Assembly (NCBI RefSeq): GCF_006345805.1
Contig: NC_043007.1
Span: 7,750,001 to 7,814,000 of the forward strand
Direction: 5' to 3'
Source: Octopus sinensis
Taxonomy: Eukaryota
DNA length: 64,000 nt
Below are positions 26,945 to 39,450 of the stretch, piece after piece. The notes beneath the pieces are model-generated. The model was not told the DNA's origin. It ran no database searches and was given only the letters and a program-made list of their open reading frames with translations. Each line of letters begins with the position of its first letter. Position 1 is the stretch's first letter. The position numbers and the translations under genes are program-made.

Positions 26945-27459
26945 TCACTGAACCTTATCGTATAACACGATACGACTTGTTGCTATTCGAGATGAGGCGT
27001 TGAATCCGGACATTGATGTGTTGGGACGTCGGCTGATGTTTGATTTGCTGACTTTGCAGCAACGAAAAACTGATAGAAATCCTTGACGGAACTTTTTGTT
27101 CATGAAAGCGTACGTTATGGGATTAGTGCAAGATGATGTGTAGGCGAGAAGATAGACGAAGCCCAAAAGGGTTGGCGATATGTTTTCATTCGCCCCTTTA
27201 CTATCAAACGACAACCAAGTTTGAATGAAGTAAAGAGGACACCAGCAGACAAAGAATTCCAATACTATTACAAATAGCATCCTGATGACCCGTAGTTTTG
27301 CAGCTTGACTCTTTTCACTGTTCGATTGTCGTATGCCTCCACTGTAATCGTAGAAGTGTTTCGATCTTTTCTGAGTGCGGATAGGAGTTTCACCGACCGC
27401 TCTTCCACTACACATCATTGTTTCAATTTCATCTGAGTTTCCTTGCCTTTTCTGATTCA
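26945..27459 (-). CDS. Terminal coding exon of a cholecystokinin/sulfakinin receptor-like class A GPCR (end of ICL3, TM6, TM7, helix 8, C-tail)
   Basis: AKLRVIRMLFVIVLEFFVCWCPLY (TM6 CWxP; LEFF as in invertebrate sulfakinin receptors) and LLAYTSSCTNPITYAFMNKKFRQGF (NPxxY), with CC after helix 8. Phase-1 acceptor ...ttcatcttatgttttgtAG at 27461-27460 with a long pyrimidine tract. Confidence 0.92.
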
Positions 27460-28049
27460 CTACAAAACATAAGATGAAAAAGAAGAAAAAGAAGTAATTA
27501 GATTTTTTTTAAAGAACATATGGAAACACGGAATGCATCAACAGATATATTCTTTACGTTCAATGATATAAATTTCTGTATTGATTTCCGCCATAAGCAC
27601 ACAAAATAACACCTCTGGCTTTTAACAATGAGGAAATGAAACACAAGGCTCTAATATAATTTTATAGCAGTAAGAAAGTGCGAACCAAGAGCCAAGCGTC
27701 GTAATTTTATCTCTCTATTATAGTTTTTAAGAATCTTTTTCCACCAGTTGTTCTTTAGAGATCGGACAACCGACGTATTGTGAGCGCAGGCGTGACCATG
27801 AGATTAACAAGTTATCTTGTAATCGCATGGATCGATTCCATCCAGGAACATCTTAGCCTTAATAAGTCTCACGGTTTGTTTGGACGGTTTTCGACCTTCC
27901 TAGTGTTTGCGGTGTGGGAGAAAAAACAATAGAGTACTGTAGTGAATTTCTCGGTCCGATTACTTACTTCCGTCAGAGGAATTCAAATCAATCACGAACG
28001 ATGACTGTTTTTCATATTTTAATATTTTAACAATGAATCTATTGAGGGC

Positions 28050-28185
28050 AGTTGTTGTTGCTGCTGTGGTTGTTGTTGTCGATGATGATGTTGTTGTTGC
28101 TGTTGTTGTTGTTGTTGTTGTTGTTGATGATGATGATGATGATGAGGAGGAGGAGGAGGAGGAGAAGGAAGAGGAGGAAGAGGAT
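28050..28185. repeat. Compound (GTT)/(GAT)/(GAG) trinucleotide repeat
   Basis: Direct inspection. Confidence 0.9.
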
Positions 28186-29188
28186 GTCAACAACATGGAT
28201 GGCGACGATGACGAAGATGATGCCAGCTCAGGCCCTAACCAACAGAACTAAGTCTCAAAAGTTTTCCAGCGGTGATCATTCAATTAATATATAAGTCAAC
28301 ACAATCTAATATGCTGTTGCCTTTCTTAATAATGGCAATGTGTGAATTAAAAATCTGGCTCCTATTTCTAGCCGATAGAGCATCCAAATAGTGGCTCTCT
28401 CCTTGGCCTCTTTCAGAGTGGTGAAAACCAGTAGCATACCAAAATATTTCTTGGTATTTATTACCCCCTCTTTAATTTTCTATTCAAATACTCTCGGAAT
28501 GTAATTTGATTTTTTAAAGTCCTTAAAATAAATTTTAGTTATATAATAGCAACTGATGGTGGTTTGTTTACGTCCCTGTAACGTAGCGGTTCAGCAAAAG
28601 CGACCCCGATAAAAGCAGTAAGCATTTTGGCCAGTTTTACCCTTTGCTTTTAAAGATGCAAGTACTCCGTGGAATCTGTATAATATCTAGTGTTTAAAGG
28701 ACTCTCACATTCTTTTCTACTCTAGGCACAAGGCCCGAAATTTTTGGTGAGGGGGCCAGTTGATTACCCCAGTACGCAACAGGTACTTAATTTATAGATA
28801 TCGAAGATAAAAGACAAAGTCGACCTCGGCGGAATTTGAACTCAGAAGAGGGGATCTCTCACATATTACATCTATACTTATACGCTTCTACTGGTATTGT
28901 ATGTTTAAAGGGTGTTTCGTTAGCTTGCAATAACCTGTACCGTTTCTCCTATAAGTGGTGATACAGCACGCAGAAAACAGCTTCAGAACATTTCTTCCGG
29001 ATATATTCCTTCTTATAAAAAGTCTTCGATTCAACAGCTGCCTTGAACGTATCTTTTAAAACAGTGCGCCGTAAACCTATCTAATCTACTTAGCTGATAG
29101 CAGAATTGGTGACAGAGACAAACAGAAAGAAAGAAGAAAGAAAGAAAAAGAAAGAAGGAAAGAAAGAAAGAAATATAGAAAGAAAGAT

Positions 29189-29223
<35 letters not shown>

Positions 29224-29240
29224 AATATAGAAAGAAAGAT

Positions 29241-29282
<42 letters not shown>

Positions 29283-29491
29283 GTAGGTAGATAGATAGAT
29301 AGATAGAGAAGATAGATGATAGAGTGATTGATTGATTAACATAGAGACAAATGATGTTTGTTGTATCAATTGTTTCTCTCACTTTCCTTCTCTCTCCCCT
29401 CTTTACTTTTCATTCTCTCTGTCTCTCTGTCTTTCTCTTTCTCTCTCTCTCTATCTCTCTCTCTACTTTCTCTCTCACTCTCTCTCTCACT

Positions 29492-29539
<48 letters not shown>

Positions 29540-29560
29540 TATATATATATATATATATAT

Positions 29561-29715
29561 AACATTATTGGTGAATTGAAGAATGGAGCTGAACGCAGAT
29601 TGAACAGAAATCGTTTTATTTCATTCTACACGTGTTTCGAAACACGTGTAGAATGAAATAAAACGATTTCTGTTCATCTGCGTTCAGCTCCATTTCTTCA
29701 ATTCACCATAATGTT
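29561..29715. repeat. Near-perfect palindrome centred on tttcgaaa, each arm starting with an HHR 3' half
   Basis: Centre at 29638/29639; each arm reads GAAAC-ACGU-GUA-GAAUG (palindromic stem III plus GUA site); abuts (TA)n. Confidence 0.9.
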
Positions 29716-29888
29716 TTAATTTCAATTATCCGCACCAACGCACGGTTGCAACGCCAGATGGTTGTACCTCCACCGTGCTGTTTACTGCTGTGATTTTTGC
29801 TACTAGGGATCGGTAAACTTTTGATTAATCTACTACAAGATTATTCATCTTTCTATTTCACATAATATATATATATATATATATATAT

Positions 29889-29942
<54 letters not shown>

Positions 29943-29945
29943 ATC

Positions 29946-29981
<36 letters not shown>

Positions 29982-30017
29982 TGTATGTATGTATGTACAA
30001 CAGATGCAGCACAGAAT

Positions 30018-30068
30018 TTTGTCAGTGAACAGGTCGCGGTCTGAAAGCGACGAAAATATTTTGGCAAA
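30018..30068 (+). ncRNA. Degenerate hammerhead motif
   Basis: Stem I UUUGUCA/UGGCAAA, stem II GUCGC/GCGAC, GAAA-AUAU-UU; core eroded to GUGAACA. Confidence 0.5.
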
Positions 30069-30388
30069 TTAAATTTACATGTTGAAGTGAATCTAACGGT
30101 TTTTACGTGTTTCTTAAGTGGCTTACAAACACCTTCCACGCTGCAATTGTTTTCGTTCCAGCACTCGATCTCAGATCAGGTCACTTGCTATGCAAGTACA
30201 TCTCCGTAATATATATGTGCGTGTGTGTGTGTGTGTGTGTGAGTGTGAGTGTGTGTGTGTGTTATATTTAATGTTTTGGACTAATAAGTATATGTTGATT
30301 AATGTATTGAAGTTTTGAGTAGGGCACTGGCACAGTTTGGGTCTACCTGATGCCATCCGCATTTAGGGTATATTTCTGTTGGATCTAC

Positions 30389-30421
<33 letters not shown>

Positions 30422-30444
30422 TTATACATACTCGTATATAGTTG

Positions 30445-30614
30445 CAGGCGTGGATATATGGTACGAAGTTTGCATCCCAACCGCATGCTTTCGGGTTCAC
30501 TTTCACTGCGTAGCCTCTTAGGTAAGTGTCTTCTACTATAACCTAGGGATGCCCTAACGGATTCTGAAAGAAGCCCATCGTGTGTGTGTATGTATGTGTG
30601 TGTGTGTGTGTGTG

Positions 30615-30659
<45 letters not shown>

Positions 30660-30845
30660 TGTGTGTGTGTTTATTTGTGCTTCTGTCTCACCGCAGTTTG
30701 ACGCTCGGTGCAGGTGTGTTTACGTTCCTATAACTTAGCGGTTTAAAAAAAAGGACTGGGATCGATTTGTTCGACTGAAATTCCTCAAGGCTGTACTCCA
30801 GCATGGCCACAGTCTAATGACTGAAACAGGTTAAAGATGAAAGAT
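30445..30845 (+). mobile_element. SINE family C
   Basis: Head and tail similarity to 23123-23545. Confidence 0.8.
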
Positions 30846-31276
30846 GTGTGTATGTGTGCACATGAATGTGTGAGTGTGTCTGAGTGCATATATGTGTGTG
30901 CTTGAGAGAATCCACCCCCTTCACTTATTGGAATATCGAACCCACGTAACGAAGAGTTACTTTCGATTTGTTATATTTTATATTTTCCTCTAAATTTGTG
31001 TTGATAGATTTCGCTTCCTTAGTTGTATTTTTGTTTCTTTGTTTTGTTTGTTTTGCTTGTTTTCTTGTTTAACCTTTTCCATCACATCGCATATATTTCG
31101 GCATTAGTTTAACGTTTGTTTTGGAATCATTCCAAGCATTACTTCAGTGCTAACATTATTTTGCCAAAATAATGTTTGATTTTCAATTATTTTCAATCAT
31201 ATTTGGAATATTAATGGTTGTGATTAGAAATAAACATATCTATAAAAAAAAACAAGCACCGGCTGTCTCTGTGCGT

Positions 31277-31326
<50 letters not shown>

Positions 31327-31556
31327 ATATGTGTGTGTGTGGTGTGTGTGTGTGTGCATGTGTGTATGTATGTATACATATATATATGGATGTGTAGTGT
31401 TGGGATAGATAATTCTATATATAGAATTATAGAATTAGTAATATATGTATGTACTATTATGCATGTGTGTGTAGATATCTATGCTTATATATGTGTTCAT
31501 ATGTATGCGGGTATACATAATTTATATATGTATACATGTTTATATACATCTAATTC

Positions 31557-31587
<31 letters not shown>

Positions 31588-33163
31588 TGTCGGCATACAC
31601 ATATAACATACATGCATGCATATCTGTGCATTGATTTGTCCGTATGTGTGACTGTTCGACTTCCCAAATCTGTATTAAGTAACATTCGATTGCACAAATG
31701 AACTAAGAAAATCAATGTGAATTGTGCATCACCCAACCTAAAGACAATGCACAGTTGTTGTGCACCCTTCAACGGTAATGTATATCGATTTATTACGTAT
31801 GCATAACTCCGTGCCTATGAAATAAGCAAAACCTATGCACTGGATGTTTACGTCTAACGCAAGAAAGCATAACGATGTCAGTTAAGTGAAGTGGGAACAA
31901 TTGGGAATCGAAACCAAATCTTCGAAGTGACTTCACCAATAATAATGCTGTCTAAGTTAGTTGAAGCAAGGCAGCACATTTTCAGTGAGAAAATAGTTGA
32001 TTTCGTCGATATCGATACTTGACTAGCATTTATTCTATCGATCATCGAAAGATAAAATTCCTAAATCAACCTATTTTTGTCGTATTTGAACGCAGAATGT
32101 TACGCGTCCCACGCATTACGGCAAGGCTTTTTTTTTGTTTTGTCTTTCTGGGTGTGTATGCCTCTCTTGTGAACCAGTTCCAATAATGGTCACACATTTT
32201 CGCGGAAAAGCATGGTTATTGATTACCATATTCCAGGTACTTATCGCATCGACCCGTGGATGATAGGATTGAATGCATCAGTAACGTCGATATTTGAGTT
32301 TAAAAATGTAGAGTAGACACAAAGTTCCTGCTCACCCACCACTCTACTGTTAGGTTAACCCTTCCATATTCTATGGCTGTTTTCTCGGGTGGACTTATTA
32401 TCTATAATTTGATTTTTCTTAGAACGGTATGTGACACGTTTTCGATGCCGATAATGATGGAACGAAACCGAAGTTGTAATTGTAATTTTTAGCGTAATGA
32501 AACCAGGTTAGATTAAGATTAGTATTTTACGAGTTTACAACAGGACTTTTGCTGGAGGAGAGACAAAGTAGGACCAAATTTCTTATTAATTTTTGCATTG
32601 ATTGTTTTTTAAGTTTCGCCTGACGGCTTATCCAACTGGTAGAAGAAAGTTTTTCCGGCGTTTATGTAAAGATGTAAATGAAAACACTTGTCGAAGACCA
32701 TCTGATGTTTTCTCTCTGTTTCCACCTTAATATATATCATCTGATCATTTGTTCCTCTCCTTCAACATCACTTCTATTTAATGAGCTGTCCACCTGTTTC
32801 ACTCTGTAAGCACCAAAATGGAAATTGTTCTTTGCAGACTGAACCATCAGACGAAAGTTGACGCTCCTTTCAAAACGAATTTTATGCTTAAAAAATAATG
32901 AAACAAGGTCGAGTGTTATGCTTTAAACAACCTTAACTATAGAATAAAACAGAAGACAGAACGAAGTCTTTAACATAATTAATCAATTTTATGAAAATGT
33001 GTGAATTTATGTATCAAAATAGAAAGAAAAACGTTTAGAAATCGTGGAATTACACGGGTTCCACAAGTATCAGAGCCGTGGCTGAAATGACAGAATCAAT
33101 TTAAAAAGTCGATATTTGAGCTTCGGGTAGAGATTGACCAAACAATAAATACAAGCCCTAAGA

Positions 33164-33199
<36 letters not shown>

Positions 33200-33219
33200 A
33201 ATGATAATAATAATAATTT

Positions 33220-33400
33220 TGGCACAAGGCCAGCAAATTCAGGGTAAAGATTAAGTCGATGACATCGACGCCAGTGCTCAACTGGCATTTATTTTATCGA
33301 CCCCTAAAAGAATGGAAGGCGAAGTCGACTTCGGCGGAGTTTGAACCCAGAACAAAAAAAGCGGACGAAATGTTGCTAACCACTTTGCCCGGCAACATTC
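33220..33400 (-). mobile_element. SINE family B
   Basis: aagtcgacttcggcggagtttgaac core; (TTA)n at the tail. Confidence 0.75.
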
Positions 33401-34816
33401 TAATGATTTACGTGTGTGTGTGTTTGTGTCTGTGTGTGTGTGTATGTTTGTGTCTGTGTGTGTGTGTTTGAATTTCATTGGAAATAATTCTTTCACTTGT
33501 CGTTACTCCGAGTTTTTCGTTATACAGGAAACTTCAGATGACAAAAACAAAAGAAAGAACCGCAAGTCCGCATCTAACTAGAAACACTGATCAGCGATGG
33601 AGTGTATCATCAACTTCGAACAGATAATATATACTCTTTTACATGTATTGCGTACGTAAACTTTATACACCCGAATTGCATGCAAGTGTAGGCATTTCTT
33701 TATTTGAATGTATATACTCGTATGTATGTTTATGTATGTGAGTGTATATAAGTTTAAATATAATCGTGTACAAGAGAAAAAAAACCGTAAATCTATATCG
33801 AAAAGAACTTCATCTGATGAGCTCTGTACTAATTGCATGTTCAGCTCATTGCTTCTGTTCTAATTCCCTGTGTCAGGGAACGGAATAATTTAGATTAGTA
33901 TAATGCAGGCGAAAATAGAAAAATCCCTCCCCAACTGAAAACAAGAAAAGCAAAAATCTTATAACTTTAAACAAATGTAAAATTACTGAAAAACACGTCC
34001 TTCCGATACACTTGCCCCGAACTAGAATTGATTTTATTAGTTTAAAAAAGAAATATGTAGCAAAATCCCAGCTTGCACTTCTATAACTTGTTCACGCCTA
34101 TGAAATATTTATTTTACGAAAGGAAGCAAAACGAGGTTAATTAAGACTGTAAAATGAAGAATAGGAATTCTTCAATAATAATTTTTTTTTGTTTTCTCTC
34201 TCAGCTTCTTTTTCTTTAACAATCTTAATTTATTGTTTCGGATTTTTAAAATTCTATTTTGTTCTGGCTTGCGCAGAATCGTTAGCGTTTTACTGTTTTC
34301 TTTCCTGCTTATGTCCTAAGCTTAAATGGAATAAAAGAAAATGAAACAATATTAGACAACCCATTCGACATTTAGAAGGTTGTCGATATAAGAAGACCTA
34401 GAATAAAATTAAAAAAAAACACTCCTCTTACAAGTAACTACTCAAATATCTAAAAGAATGTCATGCCAGCCGTCACTCGCGAGCGAGTGTAGCATAGAGA
34501 TGTGTTCTATGGTTTTGCTAATTATTGAAAGTGATATTATTAGTCGCCAACAGACACATGTTGTTGCCGTTATAAGAATTTACAGGACAGAGAAATTCAA
34601 AGGATCACTTTGGTCTTGTGCTGAATGCCTGTCCGGACAGCCTTCACTTTTTCAACCTAAGGGGTTTTTAACGCAATATTTTACACGCTCTTGGTCATAA
34701 CTTTGTCTGCTTCGAGGTCGAACATTCAAACAAAGAATTATTTCGCGTTATTTGTAAGTTCTCATCACGCCATCAATATATATGCGCGTGTGTATATGTA
34801 TGTAAGTATATACATA

Positions 34817-35141
34817 CCAGTGGTTAGAGAGTCAGGCTTACAACCACGAGGTTGTACGTTCGATTCCCGAACCGGGATATGTATTGTGTTCTTGCACAAG
34901 ACACTTTATTTCACGTTGCTCAACTTCTACTCAGCTATAGAAATGAGGTGCGACATTACGAGTGCCAAGCTGTATTGGCATTTGCCTCTCCCTTGGATAA
35001 AATCGGTGGCGTGGAAACGGGAGGCTGGTATGCATGGCTGACAGCTGGTCTTCCATAAAACAACCTTGCCCGGACTTGAGTCTCGGAGGGCAACTCTCTT
35101 GGTGTAATCCCATGGTCATTCATGACCGAAGGGGGTCTTTA
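34817..35141 (+). mobile_element. tRNA-derived SINE (further family)
   Basis: ccagtggttaga...gttcgattccc A/B boxes followed by a SINE-like body. Confidence 0.65.
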
Positions 35142-35174
35142 TTACTATTATTATTATTGCTGTTGTTGTTGTTA

Positions 35175-35385
35175 CGGTGGTAAGCCGGCAGAATTGTTAG
35201 CATACTGGATGAAATGCTTAGCGGTATTTCGCCCGTCGCTACGTTCTGAGTTCAAATTCTGCCAAGGTCAACTTTGATTTCATCCTTTCAGGGTTGATAA
35301 ATTGAGTACCAATTGAGATACTGGGATCGAGGAAATCGACTATCCCCCTGCCCCCAAATTTCAGGCCTTGTGCCTATTATAGAAA
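35175..35385 (+). mobile_element. SINE family B
   Basis: gctacgttctgagttcaaatt...catcctttcagggttgataaattgagtacc. Confidence 0.75.
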
Positions 35386-35410
35386 TTATTATTATTATAA
35401 TTATTATTAT

Positions 35411-35873
35411 TTTTCCTTCTTTCTTCAAATTTTCTTCCTTTTCTCGCCGAGTGTTTTCCGTACACCTAGGGCAGAGAAGCTCATTGTATGCATTCCCAGA
35501 TTACACACGCAAATTCACAGGTAAAATATGTATTTAAAAAATTAATAAATAAATTCATGAGTGGATGTTGTTTTCACAGCGATAATGCTCTTCTCAGTAC
35601 ATGAGTCGTTCGAGTTAACACTGTCTTTTGCACTTCCTGTAGGGATGGTAAGCCTGGTATCATTTTCAAATAGATTTCAGTACCTTTTTTTTTTTATCAT
35701 TCCTAGAAATCCTACAATCACTGGTACTGTAGTCGCCCTGAGATGCCACATTTTTTCAATTTCCATTAGCAAGTCCTTATATTTATTAATCTTGTCAAAT
35801 TCTTTCGTCGCTATATTGTGATCGCAAGGAATACTCATGTCAATTAACAAACACATCCCTTTTGCTTGATTTT
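35411..35873 (-). mobile_element. 5'-truncated R4/Dong-type non-LTR retrotransposon (RLE end + 3' UTR)
   Basis: Minus translation KGMCLLIDMSIPCDHNIATKEFDKINKYKDLLMEIEKMWHLRATTVPVIVGFLGMIKK; (TAA)n on both sides. Confidence 0.85.
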
Positions 35874-36122
35874 TATTATTATTATTATTATTATTGTTGT
35901 TGTGTTGTTGTTGTTGTTGCTTGATTCGGGTTCCGTGCGACCTAAAGTTTCGTAGGGCTCAGTTAAATAATGATATACGTAATTCGTACTAGACATCTTG
36001 AGTACGTCTTTCATTTGCCCAATCACGCAATCACTCACACACATCTCTCTGTGTCACTCTCCCTCTCTCTCTTTGTCTCTCTCTGTATATATATGGAGAG
36101 AGGGAGAAATACATACATATGA

Positions 36123-36160
<38 letters not shown>

Positions 36161-36245
36161 ACAGCAGTTTGCAATATTGCACCAATATACACTCACACAT
36201 ACATACATATATATATAGACACACACACAGATATACTTACATACG

Positions 36246-36366
<121 letters not shown>

Positions 36367-36927
36367 TATATATATACCCATCACATCGATTTCTCTCTCG
36401 TACCTGAAATTGCTTCTGGCTGTTTATTTTGTTAATTTGAAAATTTATGTATTTATGACAGACGACAATCGATAACAATTAATTCTATTAATAATATCTT
36501 TATTAATAACTAATTGCCATGAGACCTAATTTAGAAAGTTTGAGTTTGACGAAATTCATGTCCCTTGAGAATCGCAGACATTTTAGCAGCCACATTAGCT
36601 GCTAAATAGCGTACAATTCCCATGGGTCGTCGGAGAAGAATAGATTACAAAGCATATCCAGTGGATAGACATTTACGTCGCTTATTTTGTTCACCTTGAA
36701 CGCTGGGAGGTCGATTGCTGTATTCTGTTAAATGGGTGTTTCGTAGCATGTAGGTTCGTAGCGGGAGTCTGTGCTTATGGTTTGTGAGCAGAGATATACT
36801 CCTTATCAACCCCCTTAGTTCTTATCCTACACCGTAATATAGATACCACCCCCACACTCACATGTGTGTGTGTGTGTGTGTGTATGTGTGTGTGTGTGTA
36901 TGTGCGTGCGTGTATGTGTGTGTGTGT

Positions 36928-36964
<37 letters not shown>

Positions 36965-37250
36965 TGTTCTACGCACAGCAATGTATGAAACAGAAGAAAT
37001 TAATTGAAATATACCAGTTGCAACTGACATAGTAATGGACGTCCATTCATTCATTCATTTTGATGAGCGTAAAAGTAAAATGATGGGCGGTTTCATGGTG
37101 CATTGAACATTTCTTGTAAAAGACGAACTCTGTTTCCTTCCTACATATGTATATATATATATATATATACATATATATATTATACCGGAGTAAACACATA
37201 AATGTGAAACAAGGTGGAAAAAAGAGTACTCAAATACCAGTGGTAGAGTA

Positions 37251-37383
37251 ATATGCTTTGTTTAAAGCAGCAGAAAATTCAACAAAACCTGTTACTCTGA
37301 GTTTCCCGTTGCCGATGAACGGCAACGGGAAACTCAGAGTAACAGGTTTTGTTGAACTTTCTGCTGCTTTAAACAAAGCATAT
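37251..37383. repeat. 64-bp-arm palindrome with a variant hammerhead core
   Basis: Arms 37251-37314 and 37320-37383; + strand reads CCGAUGA-A-CG-GCAA-CG-G-GAAAC-UCAGA-GUA-ACAGG; flanked by (TA)n. Confidence 0.85.
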
Positions 37384-37386
37384 ATA

Positions 37387-37428
<42 letters not shown>

Positions 37429-37479
37429 AGAGAGAGACAGAGAGACAGGGAACAGGGCAAGAATAAGACGCCACTGCAT

Positions 37480-37710
37480 AGTACCAAAGACTCCAGCTTG
37501 GCCATGAAAATATAGAAAGAGATATTGCAAAAGCTTGGGTTTTAAAGGCCCACAACTCTTCAATATCCTGCCGAAGGACCTACATGGTATGGATCTGGAT
37601 GTTTTCAAAATAAAACAAGATCTCTTATTTCCAAGAGTCTCGGACGAGCTAACTACACAACAGGAAGTACGAATGAGAATAGCAGTGTCTGACTCCCTCA
37701 TGCAACAGAT
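37480..37710 (+). mobile_element. 3' fragment of a CR1/L2-group LINE
   Basis: SLGFKGPQLFNILPKDLHGMDLDVFKIK.D, homologous to 14900-15090. Confidence 0.75.
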
Positions 37711-37764
37711 TATATTATATTATATTATATTATATTATATTATATTATGTTATATTATATTCAG

Positions 37765-38115
37765 GCGTAAGAAGTTTGTTTTCCAACCATGCAGTTTCGG
37801 GTTCATTGCGCGGGAACTTAGGCAAGTGTCTTCTGCTATACCCTCGGGCCGACCAAAGCCTTGTGAGTAGATTTGGCTGACGGAAACTGAAAGAAGCCCG
37901 TCGTGTATATGTATATATGTATGTGTCTCTGTGTTTGTCCCCCACCACCACTTAACAACCGGTGTTAGTTTGTTTATGTCCCGGAACTTGGTGGATCGTC
38001 AAAGAATGATACGGATAGTTTAAGCACCAGGCTTCAAAAAAAGTTCTGAGGTCGATTGTTCAACTAAAATTCTTCAAAATGGTGCCCCACCATGACTAAA
38101 AGAAAAGAATAAAGC
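37765..38115 (+). mobile_element. SINE family C
   Basis: cgggccgaccaaagccttgtgagt..gacggaaactgaaagaagcccgtcgt. Confidence 0.8.
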
Positions 38116-38469
38116 AGTAAAATATAATGTGTGTGTGTGCGCGTGTGTCTTTTTGTGTGTTTGTGTGTTGTGTGTATTGTGTGTATTGTGTGTGTTTGTG
38201 TGTGTATTTGTGTGTGTATATTTGTGTGTTTGTGTGTTGTGTGTGTTTGTGTGTGTGTGTATGTGTGTGTGTTTGTGTGTTTGTGTATTGTGTGTGTATG
38301 TGTATTGTGTGTGTTTGTGTATGTGTGCGTGTTTGCATGTATACGTATGTGCGTGTGTATTTGTATCGGTGTGATGCATGCATACATACATGTATGTATC
38401 CTCTAAAGAGGAACCACCCAGAATCGCCGCTCCCAAACACAAATAAGCTCCTTGGAAACACGATGTTTC

Positions 38470-39050
38470 AAGCTGTGAGAGAAAAAACTATGTCCCTGGT
38501 CAAAGCTGACCTCAGCTGGTCATCATAATTTATAAAATCTTTACAGTTGTCTCAGATTCAACGTATGTCTACGTATCCTCAGTCAGAGAATCACGAATTC
38601 CCCACTGACCCACAAACCGATTCCATCTTCAAAACATGAAACAAATACACGTTCCGGTCCTGCCTGATATTGCATGGGACTCGGCCCGATAACCAATCCC
38701 TAGGAGAATCGACGTTGGCATTCATCATCTCTGCCTAAAATTTTAGTTGCTTCTTTTCATTTCTATGTGAGACTGGGCTTGTTGCTGTTGACAGCATCTC
38801 ATTCCCGAGACACACTTCGTGGTCTGGGTCGAGAAATTTCCGAATCACTTTAATCGAACTTCCAGCAAAATTCCCACAAACACGTGAAATACTTTCTTCA
38901 GTTCTTTGGTCTGACTCATACCCGTTTCTGCTTCTATTTCGTATTTCATCAGTAATCCCCTGCCAGGAATGTTGTGATACCCGATTTCACACTTAACTGA
39001 ACGTCGTTCATTATTCATAGAAAATGCATGAACACGGTAGCGTTTCATTT
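38470..39050 (-). mobile_element. Highly degenerate Tc1/mariner-like transposase remnant
   Basis: Scattered minus-strand peptides (RTEESISRV..., second-HTH-like spacing); no clean ORF. Confidence 0.3.
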
Positions 39051-39418
39051 TCGTCGTAAATAAATATAAGATTTCCTACTCAAATACAAAAGTTAGAAAA
39101 ATACCTGGTTTTCGGTTACTGTTAGTTTAATCTTTGACATATATCTTCTGCGTGTTCCCTGCTGAGCGGATTTGTTAGAAAGTAAAAAAAACGCTAGAAG
39201 CAATTGATGAGAAGATAACACAAAGACAGAAGGGAACACTTAAGCGGATAACCGAAAGAAGATGAAGTAGCAGTAGTAGAAGGAGAGGGAGGAGGACGGT
39301 GGAAGAGGGGGAAGAGAGAGGTGGTGGTGAAGAAGCAGAAAGATGATGATGAATAAGAGAAAGAAAGAAAGATGCTGAAGGAAAGAGAAAAAAATGAAAG
39401 AAGATCCTCCTTTTCCTC

Positions 39419-39450
<32 letters not shown>

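Noticed and set aside
33810-33860. CUGAUGAGCU...AGCUC as a hammerhead
   Set aside because: No GAAA or cleavage triplet downstream
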